A DNA stretch of 64,000 nt, from positions 43,847 to 107,846 of the forward strand of contig CAYSXY010000001.1 in NCBI GenBank assembly GCA_964435165.1, given 5' to 3'. Source of the DNA: an uncultured Rickettsiales bacterium. Lineage in GTDB: Bacteria; Pseudomonadota; Alphaproteobacteria; Rickettsiales; RI-342. Shown piece by piece: positions 1 to 10,805 of this stretch. A program made the position numbers and the translations under genes. The notes beneath the pieces are model-generated. The model saw nothing but the letters and a program-made list of their open reading frames with translations. It searched no databases and had not been told where the DNA came from. Within the stretch, counting starts at the first letter, position 1. Each line of letters opens with the position of its first letter.

Positions 1-462
1 GATGAAGCGGTGGAATTCTTCACCGCCATGCCGCTTATTCGAGAGAAATTGCTTGCATTGCAAGAAGTAGGGCTGGGCTATATCGGTATTGGTCAGTCCG
101 CCACGACCCTCTCAGGTGGGGAAGCGCAACGCATTAAACTTGCCAAGGAACTCTCGAAACGCGCAACTGGGCGCACGCTTTATATTCTGGATGAGCCGAC
201 CACCGGGCTGCATGCCGAGGATATTAATCGGCTTCTCAACGTCTTACACCGGCTGGTAGATAGTGGAAATACGATGGTGATTATTGAGCATAATCTGGAT
301 GTGATCAAAACGTCCGACTGGATTATCGATATCGGCCCGGGGGGAGGCTCCAAAGGCGGGCGGATTGTCGGCATCGGCACGCCGGAAGATATTGCCGAGA
401 TGAAAGACAGTATTACCGGGCATTATCTCAAACCCATGCTTGAGCGCAAAAAAGCAGCCTGA
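1..462 (+). CDS. uvrA: Excinuclease ABC subunit A, C-terminal fragment (gene continues upstream of the window)
   Basis: Frame open from nt 1. ABC signature [15 protein letters not shown], Walker [22 protein letters not shown], typical UvrA C-terminus. Confidence 0.92.
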   Translation, partial: DEAVEFFTAMPLIREKLLALQEVGLGYIGIGQSATTLSGGEAQRIKLAKELSKRATGRTLYILDEPTTGLHAEDINRLLNVLHRLVDSGNTMVIIEHNLDVIKTSDWIIDIGPGGGSKGGRIVGIGTPEDIAEMKDSITGHYLKPMLERKKAA

Positions 463-670
463 GCCTGAAGAATCGCCTTGGTGCGATGTTATGCTGTCGG
501 TTTTTGTGGGTTTATAGCCGTTTGCGATAATTTTGATACATGCTGCAAATGCCAGATTTTGCTGTGCTGCTCAATTCTCGTACGTTTGAGTACGATCATT
601 CCGCTGCTCGCAAAACTAACATTTTCGCTCATGTCTGAAAAATATTGCAATCGGCTATAGTGGAAGCGAG

Positions 671-1018
671 TTACACCGATTCGTCCATCATCGCTTCATG
701 ACGTGCCAAACGGCTAATTTCCAAGCGGGCATCATCCAGAATCGTATCCAGCATGGTGCGCACATATCGTTGAGGCACTCCGCGTGATGTAAGAGCCGGG
801 GTCATTTTGTCGACAAAACGATGAAATTCCTTCCCCTCCAACGCATCAAAATCGCCGCCATGCTGTTTCGCAAAGGCAAAAAAGTCCATGATGATTTCCC
901 GCACCAGCGCGGCATCAATCGATTGCCATTTCTCAGACAGCCGGTTCACAGATTGCAGGGAAAAGACAGTCGCACAAAATTCTTCGGGCGTTACTGCGCT
1001 CAGGGTATGCTGGTTCAT
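671..1018 (-). CDS. Hypothetical protein (start ambiguous, Met at 1018 or 1054)
   Basis: Only sizeable ORF here that does not depend on an implausible extension. No family recognised. Confidence 0.4.
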   Translation of the reverse strand: MNQHTLSAVTPEEFCATVFSLQSVNRLSEKWQSIDAALVREIIMDFFAFAKQHGGDFDALEGKEFHRFVDKMTPALTSRGVPQRYVRTMLDTILDDARLEISRLARHEAMMDESV

Positions 1019-1178
1019 CAAAGCCTCCGGGTTGTTTTTTGCCGTACAGCCCATTGTGAACGAAATGCGCTGCCTGTTTTTACCTTTCCGTCGCGCTCAT
1101 AACGGCGCTTTACATTATCATTACTACAATTTTCATATTTTGGAAGCATATTATCCATTCTGCCATGTTGATGGCGCA

Positions 1179-1688
1179 ATGCTGAAATTGATTATGCCTG
1201 CCAGTAACAACCCAATGAACAACGCTCCCACAAAGAGAGTCACCTGGCTTGGATGGGTGTCACGCCTGGCCCAGGCGACCATCATCATGGTTGGTGGTAT
1301 CATGGCAGTCGATTATCTGTTTCCCACTCTTCAGCCAGCGCCACTTGCGGGAGAAGTGCATCTGTTCCATAGCGATTTTTGCTCACTATGTACGCAGCAA
1401 AAAGTTTTTTTGGAGGATATAGCGCCTGACTATCCACATCATCGCTTTATCACTCATGATGTCATGACCCCGGCAGGTTATGAACAACGCAGCTTATTTG
1501 CACAGTTGCACGCAATTCCTGCACAACAGATCGGGGTGCCATTACTCATTACCAAGGACGGGTATGTCAGCGGTTATCGCAGCCCTGAGGAGACAGGCAG
1601 GTCCATCATGCGGTTATTGGATATTTATCAACCAGAGCAGCCTGCGCCACCCTCAGCGCAAGAACCCGCCGCTAATGCAACGCCGTAA
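1179..1688 (+). CDS. Membrane-anchored thioredoxin/glutaredoxin-fold protein
   Basis: ATG at 1179 inside the 888..1688 ORF. TM helix WLGWVSRLAQATIIMVGGIMAV, CxxC motif FCSLCTQQK, GVPLLI cis-Pro-like motif. Confidence 0.55.
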   Translation: MLKLIMPASNNPMNNAPTKRVTWLGWVSRLAQATIIMVGGIMAVDYLFPTLQPAPLAGEVHLFHSDFCSLCTQQKVFLEDIAPDYPHHRFITHDVMTPAGYEQRSLFAQLHAIPAQQIGVPLLITKDGYVSGYRSPEETGRSIMRLLDIYQPEQPAPPSAQEPAANATP

Positions 1689-1723
1689 TTCGTCTGGCCT
1701 TAGATAGTCTCGACACGAGATGT

Positions 1724-2011
1724 TTAATGTTCCTGGCCTTTGCTCGATTGCTTATGGGCCGCATCTGCTTCCTGACGTGAGGAATTCAGCAGGGCTTTGG
1801 CCCCCTGCAACAGTTTGTTCAACACCCTGCGCGCTGTTTTGATCAGGTTGGTGTCCGCCATTCTTGCATCTTTAAGCACAATATGCGCCTGACGTTTATC
1901 CGAAAAAACGGTTTCATCATCATCGGACTCTTCTTCTGATGCCTTCGCAGGCGGTGTGTGTTGCGTCTCTTGCACCATGAGTGTTCTATACCCTGTAGAA
2001 TATATCATCAC
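1724..2011 (-). CDS. Small hypothetical protein with an acidic stretch (EEESDDDE)
   Basis: ORF only, no recognisable family. Confidence 0.3.
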   Translation of the reverse strand: MMIYSTGYRTLMVQETQHTPPAKASEEESDDDETVFSDKRQAHIVLKDARMADTNLIKTARRVLNKLLQGAKALLNSSRQEADAAHKQSSKGQEH

Positions 2012-2204
2012 TTAAATTTAGTATGCCCCGCTCATTTTGGCCAGCAGCTTTTTTGCATACATCCTGCTAGTATTCAGAAAACCATATTAAGACGTGATAG
2101 AAAACTGGCGCCGGGCAAAAAAGCTGTTAATCTCACCTCATGCATTGTTCTGATGCATTATCTACCTGCCTGATTTTTTTTTGTTCTAACCTCTCATTTT
2201 TTAC

Positions 2205-2810
2205 ATGATAGATAGAGACATGCCGTTCATTCGCTTTTTCTCCCCATTAGGTCGGCCAGCAGGTGTGGCCATGATGATGACTATGTTGATTTTCGCAACG
2301 AATGCAGATGCGCGTGAGCCGTTTTTTGCCGAAGAAGAGCGCGTAAACCTGCAGATGATATCTTCACTGGAAGGGAAGACCCCACCTGCGGCCAAGCAGT
2401 CACAGCATGACACCATTGAGCAAGCACAGCCCGATACGGCATGGTGGCACCCTCGCCGTTTGTGGAACCAGGTGCCGGAATGGCACGAGATTGTAGCGAG
2501 CAACAAGACCGATGCGTCTCGGCCCACTGGCGATGCTCAAATGGAAAAAAAGAATGGCTGGTTCTCGCAAATGAGTGATTATGTCGACGGCTTAGCTGAT
2601 TTGCCGGAACCACCCACAGAAACCCCGCTTATTGCGCGCCCGGAGACGGTCAAAACCGACTTTAATGAAGAGCAACGCATCCGGCGTTTTGGCTACCAAC
2701 ATGCACCAACTCGTCTGCAATTTAATGCACCGGCTGGAAATGACGATCAGCTTGGTTTAGTCGTGAATGAATCCGGTGAGTTGACGATTATTAAGCCTGC
2801 CGCCCAATAA
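2205..2810 (+). CDS. Secreted hypothetical protein
   Basis: Signal-peptide-like N-terminus (AGVAMMMTMLIFATNADA). No family recognised. Confidence 0.5.
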   Translation: MIDRDMPFIRFFSPLGRPAGVAMMMTMLIFATNADAREPFFAEEERVNLQMISSLEGKTPPAAKQSQHDTIEQAQPDTAWWHPRRLWNQVPEWHEIVASNKTDASRPTGDAQMEKKNGWFSQMSDYVDGLADLPEPPTETPLIARPETVKTDFNEEQRIRRFGYQHAPTRLQFNAPAGNDDQLGLVVNESGELTIIKPAAQ

Positions 2811-2824
2811 ACAAGCGGCAGGCT
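2794..2824. terminator. 10-bp-stem hairpin between convergent genes (agcctgccgc / gcggcaggct)
   Basis: Perfect 10-bp inverted repeat spanning the stop of the 2205..2810 ORF, 24 nt from the trxA stop. No clear U-tract. Confidence 0.35.
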
Positions 2825-2847
2825 GTAAATCATATAAGAATGTTTGT

Positions 2848-3174
2848 TTAAACCGCTGCGCTTTCTTCAACCCATTCGACCAATTTAGATTTGGGCAGTG
2901 CGCCTACTTTCGTCGATGAAGGCTTGCCTCCCTTGAACATGATGAGCGTCGGTATGCCGCGCACCCCGTATTTGGTCGGGGTTTCCGGATTTTCATCAAT
3001 ATTGACCTTCACCACTTTCACTTTACCTTCCATCTCACCAGCTAATTCTTCAACGATTGGGCCGATCTGACGGCATGGGCCACACCATTCCGCCCAAAAG
3101 TCAACCAGCACCGGCTGGTCGGAATCACTGATGGTTTGTTCAAAATCCGCATCGGATGCATTGATCACTGACAT
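2848..3174 (-). CDS. trxA: Thioredoxin
   Basis: 108-aa product from [13 protein letters not shown] active site, [11 protein letters not shown]. Alternative Met at 3183. Confidence 0.93.
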   Translation of the reverse strand: MSVINASDADFEQTISDSDQPVLVDFWAEWCGPCRQIGPIVEELAGEMEGKVKVVKVNIDENPETPTKYGVRGIPTLIMFKGGKPSSTKVGALPKSKLVEWVEESAAV

Positions 3175-3224
3175 AATCGTCATTCCTTTATCGACAATGG
3201 AGTTATACCTAAGGATGTAGGTAG

Positions 3225-6200
3225 CTATGCGGCCCGCGTCAAGCCTGCATGGTGTGTTAGCAGTCGTACCGGAATCTCCATCAGGCTGGCAGTAGCCGTC
3301 CACAGCAGATAGGACGTCAGTTGAGTGTCCGGGTAAATCTGCTCAACCAGCATGGCATAATCAGCCAGCTGCGACAGATAGGCCTGTGGTACCTCTTCGA
3401 GTTTTTTCGGCGGATTGGCATTGGTTTTGTAGTCGATCACAGCCACCTCTCCCTGCCCAACATAGAGCCGATCAATACGGCCATGGATCATCCTGCCCCT
3501 CACGACTCCGCTCACGGGCACTTCAGCGGCGCTGCCCTCCCCAAAAAAGCGATGCGATCTGTCATCATGAAGCACGGCACGCAATTGGGCGAGTATCGGT
3601 TCAGCCGTGGTTTCATCCAGCCCCTGTTGTGTTAAATAGCGCATGGCGACAGCATCGCGTTCGTTTTCCTCCAAGGTCGGTATATATTGCAACAAGCGGT
3701 GCATCCATATTCCCCGCTGGCGGGCATCCTCTGCTTTGCCAGACTGTTCGGTATCGCTGGCAAATGCTGTCTGTGCTTCTCCGGCAGAAGGCTGACTGGG
3801 CTCATCCTCTGTCGCATCTCGCTCGATTGATATCGGCATCACCGCCCAGCGTGGCAGCAGTTGCTGCGTGGTTATTTCTTCCTGTTCCGCTTTCGATACC
3901 GGCACTGCCTGTTCTTTATGCAGCACCCAGGCGGCAGGCGCCTCACCATTCTCTTGCACCATGAATGGGTGAGCATTGTCTAAGGGCTGACAGGCCCCCA
4001 ATGCGTGCATAGCATCGCTAATCTGATGGTACCAGCATTCACCCGGAACCTTTTTTGTGCTTAAACAGCCAGTGACGTAGAGTTCGTCCTCGGCACGTGT
4101 CAGTGCCACATAGAGTTTGCGCTGATATTCATGCATGTCATCGCTATGATTTGCCTCGCGCAACGCAGCGGTTGCATGACAATCCTTTGCTTTTGACGGC
4201 GCATGTAGCAGCAGAGGAAATACCCCTTCCACCGTCTGGCTAATGGCGGGAATAATGCTCGCCGTTTTCTGCTTTCCGCCGGGCATGGTGATAGTGTCCG
4301 GCAGAATCACCACCGGTGCCTCCAGCCCTTTCGCGCCATGCACTGTCATGATGCGCACCACACCCTGCATATCGGCCATATGGCGTTTTACCTCTCGTTC
4401 TTCCGAACGCATCCATGCCAGAAAATGTGGCAGAATGGGCGGATGTTCCTGCTCAAACTGTTGGCAGCGTTGGAGAAATTCATCCAACACATCCTGCACC
4501 TCTTCCCCCATACGCGTAGCAAAACGCTGTCTCGTCGCGCCATCGTCAATAATGTGCGTGAAGAGTGCCTCAATGCCGCCCTCCAGCGCCCATGTCTGCC
4601 ATTGCTCAAGCCGCCGGGTAAGTGTTTGCCAGCGCTCTTCTGCCATCCCCTGCAGGCGAGACCATAAAGACAACTCGCCACGGCCATAGGCTAGGGTGTA
4701 AAGCTCATCTTCCGACACCTCACACAGGGGAGATTTGAGAATACTCGCCAGTGTCAGGTCATCTTCCGGCAGCAATATCCAGTCTCCCAGCGCCAGCAAA
4801 TCCTCCACTGCTATGTGTTCATTCAGGCGGATGCGGTCACTCCCGCTGACCGGCACCCCTTCGCGCATGAGAGCGCGCACCAGAGCCGGTGTCATGGATG
4901 TACGTTTTTGCACGAGAATGAGTATATCGTCCGGACGAATCGCACGCCCGCGGGCCGGCAGCTCTCTGCCAGCCTCCAGCCATTGTCTGATGGCGCCGGC
5001 AATCCATTCGGCCAGGCTGTCAACGAGTTGTTGATGCTCTTCATAGTGATCGGGCAGTTGAAATTGTTTAGGCTGCATTGTTGGCGGCACCTGAAGCAGC
5101 GGCCAGCAGACAACCTTGCCCGCATCATCCTTCCGATGCACATGGTGCCGCACGGCACTGGCCTCACCCAGCGCGGCATAGTGTTCTTCTGCGGAAAACA
5201 GGTGGTCCACCAATGTTAAGACCGGCGCGGATGTGCGGAAAGATTGGGTGAGCGGAATATCCTGCCAGGGAATAGAGGCCATCTGGCTTTGCTCCGCATA
5301 GATGTGGCGCATCTGGCGATAAGCCTCCGGGTCTGCTCCCTGAAAGCGATAGATCGATTGTTTGATGTCACCCACGACAAACACGCTGCGCTCCTCACCC
5401 TGCCCGGCAAATAATTCCTCCAGCAATGCAGAGGCAATATCCCATTGTAGCGGGTTGGTATCCTGCGCTTCATCAATCAGCAGGTGGGTTATCTGATGAT
5501 CGAGTTTATATCGCACCCAGTCTTTTGATTCGCCCTCAAGCAGGGCTTTGGTTTTGTAGAGCACGTCGTCATAATCCAGCACATTGGTGCGACGCTTCAA
5601 CGACTCATATTGCTGAAGCAATGCGGTGGCACACACCATCAATGCATGGCTGTTACAGGCAATGACCCTCGCCTTCTCCTGCTCCAGCAATGATAATAAA
5701 TCATCCAACGCCTGGCGCATCAGCGCCGCTTCATGGGAATGATTGTCTTCATAGGATGGTGGATAAAGCCTGGCTTTCGGCTCTTGCTTTTGGGTAATAA
5801 ACAGCGATTGCATCAGAGGAATCAATGCCACTCTCTCGTCCGCTGAGGCGTCCAGCCATTGCTGCAATGTCGCTGCACTTTGCTTCCAGCCTTTGCTCTT
5901 CTCCTGCCGCCAGCAGGCAAGCAATTGGCGCCAGCCCTTATCCTGCCAGATTGCCGCCTTGCACCATTCTTCTCGCCAGTCTTTGTCTATGTCCTCTTCC
6001 GGCACCTGTAGTTGGTGAGCGACGGCTGCGCGCACCGAGTCAAGCGCTTCCGGGTGTGCGCGATAATATTCCACGATGCTGCGATGCTCCAGCGCTTCCC
6101 CCATCAGCGAATCAAAGGTCGTGTCATGCATTGCTGATGCTAAATGATGCATATGCTCTGCAAGTGGCTGGATATGGCTTTCCTCATCGGATGCTAATGT

Positions 6201-6701
6201 CAATTGCTGCCAAAGGTGATGCTGCGCCTGGCGAATTAACTCATTCTGCGCTTGCTCATCCATGAGGGTAAAGCCGGGCAGAATACCGGCCTCCAAGGGA
6301 AAACGCTGCAACAGCGACTGGCAGAAGCTGTGGATAGTGAGCATCTGCACGCCTTGGGCTTGATCAATAAGTGCTGCAAAAAGGCAGCGCGCACGGCGGC
6401 ACAAAGCATCATTCGGCTCCTGCCCGGTGATGACCTTCAGCATGGTGCGAAGATCCGCTTCACTGGCCGTCGCCCAGCTTTGCAATTTTTGCCTGACACG
6501 CTGAGCCATTTCCGCTGCCGCAGCGTTGGTGAAGGTGATGCACAGAATCTGCGATGGTTCGACACCCTTCAGAAGCAACCGGAGTACCCGCTCGGTCAAC
6601 ACACGGGTCTTGCCTGTTCCAGCCGCTGCAGACACCCAGACGGACGCTGACGGGTCAGCTGCCTTTGCCTGCTCTGGGGTTGGATAATGGATGGTTGCCA
6701 T
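3225..6701 (-). CDS. addA: Double-strand break repair helicase-nuclease AddA (UvrD-like helicase plus C-terminal PD-(D/E)xK nuclease)
   Basis: Walker [12 protein letters not shown], UvrD-type motifs ([53 protein letters not shown]), C-terminal GRIDRL...VIDYKT nuclease motif. Followed by trxA as in alphaproteobacteria. Confidence 0.9.
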   Translation of the reverse strand: MATIHYPTPEQAKAADPSASVWVSAAAGTGKTRVLTERVLRLLLKGVEPSQILCITFTNAAAAEMAQRVRQKLQSWATASEADLRTMLKVITGQEPNDALCRRARCLFAALIDQAQGVQMLTIHSFCQSLLQRFPLEAGILPGFTLMDEQAQNELIRQAQHHLWQQLTLASDEESHIQPLAEHMHHLASAMHDTTFDSLMGEALEHRSIVEYYRAHPEALDSVRAAVAHQLQVPEEDIDKDWREEWCKAAIWQDKGWRQLLACWRQEKSKGWKQSAATLQQWLDASADERVALIPLMQSLFITQKQEPKARLYPPSYEDNHSHEAALMRQALDDLLSLLEQEKARVIACNSHALMVCATALLQQYESLKRRTNVLDYDDVLYKTKALLEGESKDWVRYKLDHQITHLLIDEAQDTNPLQWDIASALLEELFAGQGEERSVFVVGDIKQSIYRFQGADPEAYRQMRHIYAEQSQMASIPWQDIPLTQSFRTSAPVLTLVDHLFSAEEHYAALGEASAVRHHVHRKDDAGKVVCWPLLQVPPTMQPKQFQLPDHYEEHQQLVDSLAEWIAGAIRQWLEAGRELPARGRAIRPDDILILVQKRTSMTPALVRALMREGVPVSGSDRIRLNEHIAVEDLLALGDWILLPEDDLTLASILKSPLCEVSEDELYTLAYGRGELSLWSRLQGMAEERWQTLTRRLEQWQTWALEGGIEALFTHIIDDGATRQRFATRMGEEVQDVLDEFLQRCQQFEQEHPPILPHFLAWMRSEEREVKRHMADMQGVVRIMTVHGAKGLEAPVVILPDTITMPGGKQKTASIIPAISQTVEGVFPLLLHAPSKAKDCHATAALREANHSDDMHEYQRKLYVALTRAEDELYVTGCLSTKKVPGECWYHQISDAMHALGACQPLDNAHPFMVQENGEAPAAWVLHKEQAVPVSKAEQEEITTQQLLPRWAVMPISIERDATEDEPSQPSAGEAQTAFASDTEQSGKAEDARQRGIWMHRLLQYIPTLEENERDAVAMRYLTQQGLDETTAEPILAQLRAVLHDDRSHRFFGEGSAAEVPVSGVVRGRMIHGRIDRLYVGQGEVAVIDYKTNANPPKKLEEVPQAYLSQLADYAMLVEQIYPDTQLTSYLLWTATASLMEIPVRLLTHHAGLTRAA

Positions 6702-6906
6702 AGGTTAGCAATAGCATCCGCCGACAATTTTGCCAGCGATAGTCTCATTCGTAGCGGTAATTTTCGTATGTCATAGCCGCCATCCTCTTGGCCATCACCG
6801 TCACTTCGTTCCTCAACAGCTCACGCGCGATATGATTTCGTTACATTAGGACTTTTTACACCTCTGTCGTTTTATATTGCAAATGAGTCTCACTATTGGT
6901 ATCATT

Positions 6907-6925
6907 GATAATGATTTGCATTATA
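6907..6925. promoter_or_regulatory. Fur-box-like operator upstream of bfd-bfr
   Basis: gataatgatttgcattata matches the 19-bp consensus GATAATGATAATCATTATC at about 15 of 19 positions. It lies 11 nt upstream of the bfd GTG. A weaker second match lies about 30 nt upstream. Confidence 0.55.
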
Positions 6926-6935
6926 GGGTGAAGCT

Positions 6936-7133
6936 GTGATTGTTTGTTTATGCAATGCATTAAGTGATAAGGATATCCGTCCACTGTGTTGTGAGAATAA
7001 TGGATCGATATCCGCCGTATTTAAAGGGCTGGGTTGTACCCCGCAATGTGGCAAATGCGTTGCCCATATTCGTAGTGAAATGTTTCCAGCAGATGCCGGA
7101 GGGGAGTTGACGACCGACATTACCCAATCCTGA
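6936..7133 (+). CDS. bfd: Bacterioferritin-associated ferredoxin (2Fe-2S)
   Basis: GTG start. IVCLCNALSDKDI ... CGKC cysteine pattern typical of Bfd. Directly upstream of bfr. Confidence 0.85.
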   Translation: MIVCLCNALSDKDIRPLCCENNGSISAVFKGLGCTPQCGKCVAHIRSEMFPADAGGELTTDITQS

Positions 7134-7245
7134 TTCTTGTATTACGGCCTTTATTAAGACATCAGCCGATTTTTTTTGCTGTTGATTGGTTGCTGTTGTC
7201 TGCACACGGCGCTATAATGCGCCCCTCACTTTGCTGGAGCAGGAT

Positions 7246-7704
7246 ATGGACCGTCAAATCATCACACATCTCAATACGATTCTGAAAAACGAGCTAACCG
7301 CAATCAACCAGTATTTCATGCATGCGAAGGTGATGCAGTATCGTGGGTACGATGTGTTAGCCGCAAAAACGCGTGAAGAATCCATCGATGAGATGAAACA
7401 TGCCGATACGATTTCCGACCGTATTCTGATCCTCGGCGGACTGCCTAATTTTCAGGATCTCGGCAAGCTCATGATTGGTGAGACAGTGCCGGAGATGCTG
7501 GAAAGCGATAAAAAGCTTGAAGATAAAGCTATTGCCGATCTGCAAGAGGCGATTGAATATATGGAAGAGAAACGTGATTTTGTCTCCGCCGATATGCTGC
7601 ATGAGATTCTGATTTCAGAAGAAGAGCATCGGGATTGGCTGCGTAAACAGCTTGATTTAATTGAGGCTATGGGCCTGCAAAATTATCTGCAAAAGAATGC
7701 GTAA
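7246..7704 (+). CDS. bfr: Bacterioferritin
   Basis: MDRQIITHLNTILKNELTAINQYFMHAKV..., ESIDEMKHAD, EEEHRDWL ferroxidase-centre motifs. 152 aa from the Met at 7246. Confidence 0.92.
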   Translation: MDRQIITHLNTILKNELTAINQYFMHAKVMQYRGYDVLAAKTREESIDEMKHADTISDRILILGGLPNFQDLGKLMIGETVPEMLESDKKLEDKAIADLQEAIEYMEEKRDFVSADMLHEILISEEEHRDWLRKQLDLIEAMGLQNYLQKNA

Positions 7705-7810
7705 TATTTTTTCGTAGCCGTTTTCGGTTGGATGTATCCTGATCACGACAGTGTGCTCTCTATAACGCATGACGAAACCACGTGATGGCTAAAGCGCTAC
7801 GCGCCTGTTT

Positions 7811-8497
7811 TTACTGGGGGTTATCGCGCTGCTGATCCCGTATATTCTGAAGTTGATGCGCCGTTGCCGCGTTGATCAGCGGCGTGATGGCAAATTGTGC
7901 CGCACCAAGTAAGAAGGATCGTGCGCCGGTTGCGCGGGCATTTTCACTGGATTGTACATCCTGTAGCATACTATCCGCCGCCCTGGCCTGCTCGCCGCCC
8001 ACCTTGGTTACAAATGCATCAACCTGATCCGGCGCCAGTTGATTCACTGCCTCGTTAACGCCATAGGCGCTCACCAGCCCTGCTGTCCAGCCTATGACAT
8101 CATCGGCAATGCGCGCACCAGGGTTATCAGACGCCCCTCCCAAGCGTTGACGGCGCAGACTCCATTTGGAAAAGACAAAATTCGGCAGACCGATCAGTAC
8201 CGGTAAAAAAAACCCATCGACAAAATTGCGTGCATGTTGCCGTATGCGCTTCTCGCGTCCGGCATCTGCGTGTTCACTCTGTTCATTTGCGTCAGGTGTC
8301 AAGCGATCATAGACACGCTCGGCCATGCGATGCATCGACGCCAGCACCCCGGGAAAAAAACGTGCCACCGCCCAGGTACCTGCCGATGTTGCCAGCCACG
8401 AAACCAATGCTGACGCATAGGTCTCCTGCGCGCGCTCACCAAAACTGGGGCGCTGCTTTGCAGGCTCGTCTTTTGGAACTTTTTGGGGTTGCGTCAT
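7811..8497 (-). CDS. Orphan membrane-associated hypothetical protein
   Basis: Hydrophobic helices each followed by a DRLT or RQRLG motif, related to the modules in the divergent 8657..10099 ORF. Confidence 0.5.
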   Translation of the reverse strand: MTQPQKVPKDEPAKQRPSFGERAQETYASALVSWLATSAGTWAVARFFPGVLASMHRMAERVYDRLTPDANEQSEHADAGREKRIRQHARNFVDGFFLPVLIGLPNFVFSKWSLRRQRLGGASDNPGARIADDVIGWTAGLVSAYGVNEAVNQLAPDQVDAFVTKVGGEQARAADSMLQDVQSSENARATGARSFLLGAAQFAITPLINAATAHQLQNIRDQQRDNPQ

Positions 8498-8656
8498 TTA
8501 TCATTCGCAGCGCACCTCGCCGCATCCATTCGCCATACCTGGGCAGATCATAATCGTTAATCCTCTGCTGTACATGAAGCTTTTATGACAAATAGTGAAA
8601 TATCGTGGCTTTTCTGTATATTGTAACGTGAATATAGAATTTAGCGTTGTTATGCG

Positions 8657-10099
8657 ATGGATGATGCATCCTCAGTCACTGTGATTGAGTCCAAAACAAC
8701 GGAGCCTGCACGCACCGATACCCGTACACAACCAACCCATGCTGCACCGCAAGACACTCTTTTTGCCCCATTATGGACGGCCATCAAGACCTTTGCCGCC
8801 GCCGTACCGGGATTGCTCTTTTATGCCGCTCAGCGCTCCTATTCGATGCAGAAATTTAATGAAGAAGCGGAGTATGTATCGGCAAAGAAGCGTATGGAGG
8901 ATGGCGAAGCGCCGGAGAGTTGGTTTAACGCCGAAAAAACAGACCGTACCTTAGGTGATGTTGCCCGTATTTATGAGAACAAATATGAACATGAGAAGGA
9001 AGGCAAAAGCTGGCCGGAGCGACTACGTAACACACTGCTGCACATTCCCTTTGTCGGCCCGGGAACGGCACGTGAGTATGGCGAATTCATTCCTGCATTC
9101 TGGGCATTTCCTGCCTCAGTAGCGATTGTCAAACCCTTGCTCGATCGATTATTTCCAACCGGCAAACAATCGCAGGCACTGGTTGAAACTCGCGCTACCG
9201 AAGCGGACACAACCCTTATTCGTGCAACTGGCCAGCAGCAGGAACAGATCACATCGCAGCAACCGGGATGGTTCACGCGACAGGCACGTCGCACCACTGA
9301 ATTTATTCTGAAATATCCTATCGGGGCTGCGTTTGCATTGCTGCCTTTTGCCGGTGTCGTCAATGCGCTGGATACACATGTTGGTGCGCCGAAAGATGCA
9401 GAGACCAGCACCGGCAAGCTGGCGAGGATGCAACTGCGCATTGGTCTTGGCTTCAGCACCTTCAATATTTTCTTCTCTAACGTATGGCATCCGATGGTCG
9501 ATGGCTGGATGGACCGTCTGTTCGGGCCCAAGGCAGGCTCTCCACCGCAGGAGGAGGAGCAAGAGAAAGGCTCATTGCTCAGTCGCACCGGACGGTGGGT
9601 GAAAAATGCGCTACTGGGCACCTTGACCCCTGTATTTATCGCGACGGCACCTCTGGTCGCTGCTGTGCATTATACTAATAGAGCGAATCAGGATGCACCT
9701 GCGGCTGAAGGGGAATCGCCCAGATTGGGGCAGCGCCTGCATCAGATTGGGTTCAAGCTGGGCGATGGTATTGATGCACTCTACAAACATGGGTTGGGCC
9801 GTGTGGTTAAACAGCCTGACCTGGCCGAGCGCGCCGATGAAACACTCAAACTCAGCGATGACAATCTGCAAAGCATGGCACGCATCACGACGATCTTCAC
9901 GCTGGGCTATGCCATGTATGCTGCGTTTCGCAGTGTTATCGATCCGCCGATAAAGCGCCTGTTCAATGTTGAGAATGATCGTGCTGTGCAGGCGAATGAT
10001 GTACCTCTTGCACCACAGCAAGCCGATGGTACACTGCCCGTAAGCGCCGGGCAATTGGCGCTGCAACCTCAACCAGACATGCATCGCGCCTACGCATGA
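8657..10099 (+). CDS. Orphan multi-helix membrane hypothetical protein with three internal helix-(D/K)RLF modules
   Basis: Three copies of an aromatic-rich hydrophobic segment followed by LLDRLFPTG, WMDRLFGPK and IKRLFNVEN. Confidence 0.6.
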   Translation: MDDASSVTVIESKTTEPARTDTRTQPTHAAPQDTLFAPLWTAIKTFAAAVPGLLFYAAQRSYSMQKFNEEAEYVSAKKRMEDGEAPESWFNAEKTDRTLGDVARIYENKYEHEKEGKSWPERLRNTLLHIPFVGPGTAREYGEFIPAFWAFPASVAIVKPLLDRLFPTGKQSQALVETRATEADTTLIRATGQQQEQITSQQPGWFTRQARRTTEFILKYPIGAAFALLPFAGVVNALDTHVGAPKDAETSTGKLARMQLRIGLGFSTFNIFFSNVWHPMVDGWMDRLFGPKAGSPPQEEEQEKGSLLSRTGRWVKNALLGTLTPVFIATAPLVAAVHYTNRANQDAPAAEGESPRLGQRLHQIGFKLGDGIDALYKHGLGRVVKQPDLAERADETLKLSDDNLQSMARITTIFTLGYAMYAAFRSVIDPPIKRLFNVENDRAVQANDVPLAPQQADGTLPVSAGQLALQPQPDMHRAYA

Positions 10100-10377
10100 G
10101 CGACGAAAACCCAGCCTCCCTGATTGTTGTATTGATACGTGGCGCCGATATGGATGACCAACCAATCTTTGCCTATGTCAGACTGACGGCAGACCGGCTT
10201 CCTGCGTTTTATGAAGCACAGCAGGCAGGCCATTTCGACCCGGAAGCATTCGGTACGATTATTGAAGCCGGGTATGGCGAGCCATCTAGAGAGCTTAAGA
10301 CGCGGATGGAAACAGAGTATGGCTTTGATCACGATGCACCACCGCTGCCCCTTGCATCACCTCCTGATACGGACTAA
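10096..10377 (+). CDS. Small hypothetical protein, translationally coupled to the upstream gene (ATGA overlap)
   Basis: Start overlaps the stop of 8657..10099. No family recognised. Confidence 0.5.
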   Translation: MSDENPASLIVVLIRGADMDDQPIFAYVRLTADRLPAFYEAQQAGHFDPEAFGTIIEAGYGEPSRELKTRMETEYGFDHDAPPLPLASPPDTD

Positions 10378-10412
10378 ATCATATGCATGGTGATCAACTG
10401 GGATCAATGAAT

Positions 10413-10805
10413 ATGTATCGCAAAACAACCGATGATATTACCGTAGAAGTCATGCCGGTCTATCTGGAAGAACATTCCGACCCGGACGAGCCACGCTATA
10501 TGTGGGCCTACAAGGTGGTGATTGCCAATGGTAGCAAACGCACCATCCAACTACTCAATCGCTATTGGCGCATCACGGATGCACATGGCCGCATTCGGGA
10601 AATACGCGGTGCAGGTGTGGTTGGCGAGCAGCCGGTTTTATCTCCCGGCGAGGCCTTTGAGTATAGTAGTTGGACGCCTTTGGATACGCCAAGCGGGTTT
10701 ATGGTCGGCCAATATCAAATGCAGGCCGAGGACGGTGACCTGTTCGATTTGGATATTCCGGCATTTGCCCTTGATCTGCCGGATAATCTCAATACCCGGC
10801 ATTGA
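10413..10805 (+). CDS. apaG: ApaG (DUF525) protein
   Basis: [20 protein letters not shown]....Y.W.Y.V.I.N, RYW.ITDA.G....V.G.GVVGEQP.L.PGE.F.Y.S pattern typical of ApaG. Confidence 0.88.
   Translation: MYRKTTDDITVEVMPVYLEEHSDPDEPRYMWAYKVVIANGSKRTIQLLNRYWRITDAHGRIREIRGAGVVGEQPVLSPGEAFEYSSWTPLDTPSGFMVGQYQMQAEDGDLFDLDIPAFALDLPDNLNTRH

Noticed and set aside
888-1178. 5' extension of the thioredoxin-fold ORF, which the track starts at 888.
   Set aside because: The extension overlaps the opposite-strand ORF 671..1054 and has no sensible sequence features. The Met at 1179 precedes the TM anchor.
8971-9621. 216-aa and 137-aa - strand ORFs inside 8657..10099.
   Set aside because: They are shadow frames rich in Cys, Arg and Ser. 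The + strand ORF is longer, is translationally coupled to the next gene and has coherent TM-helix periodicity. Neither is supported by homology, however, so this call is moderate.
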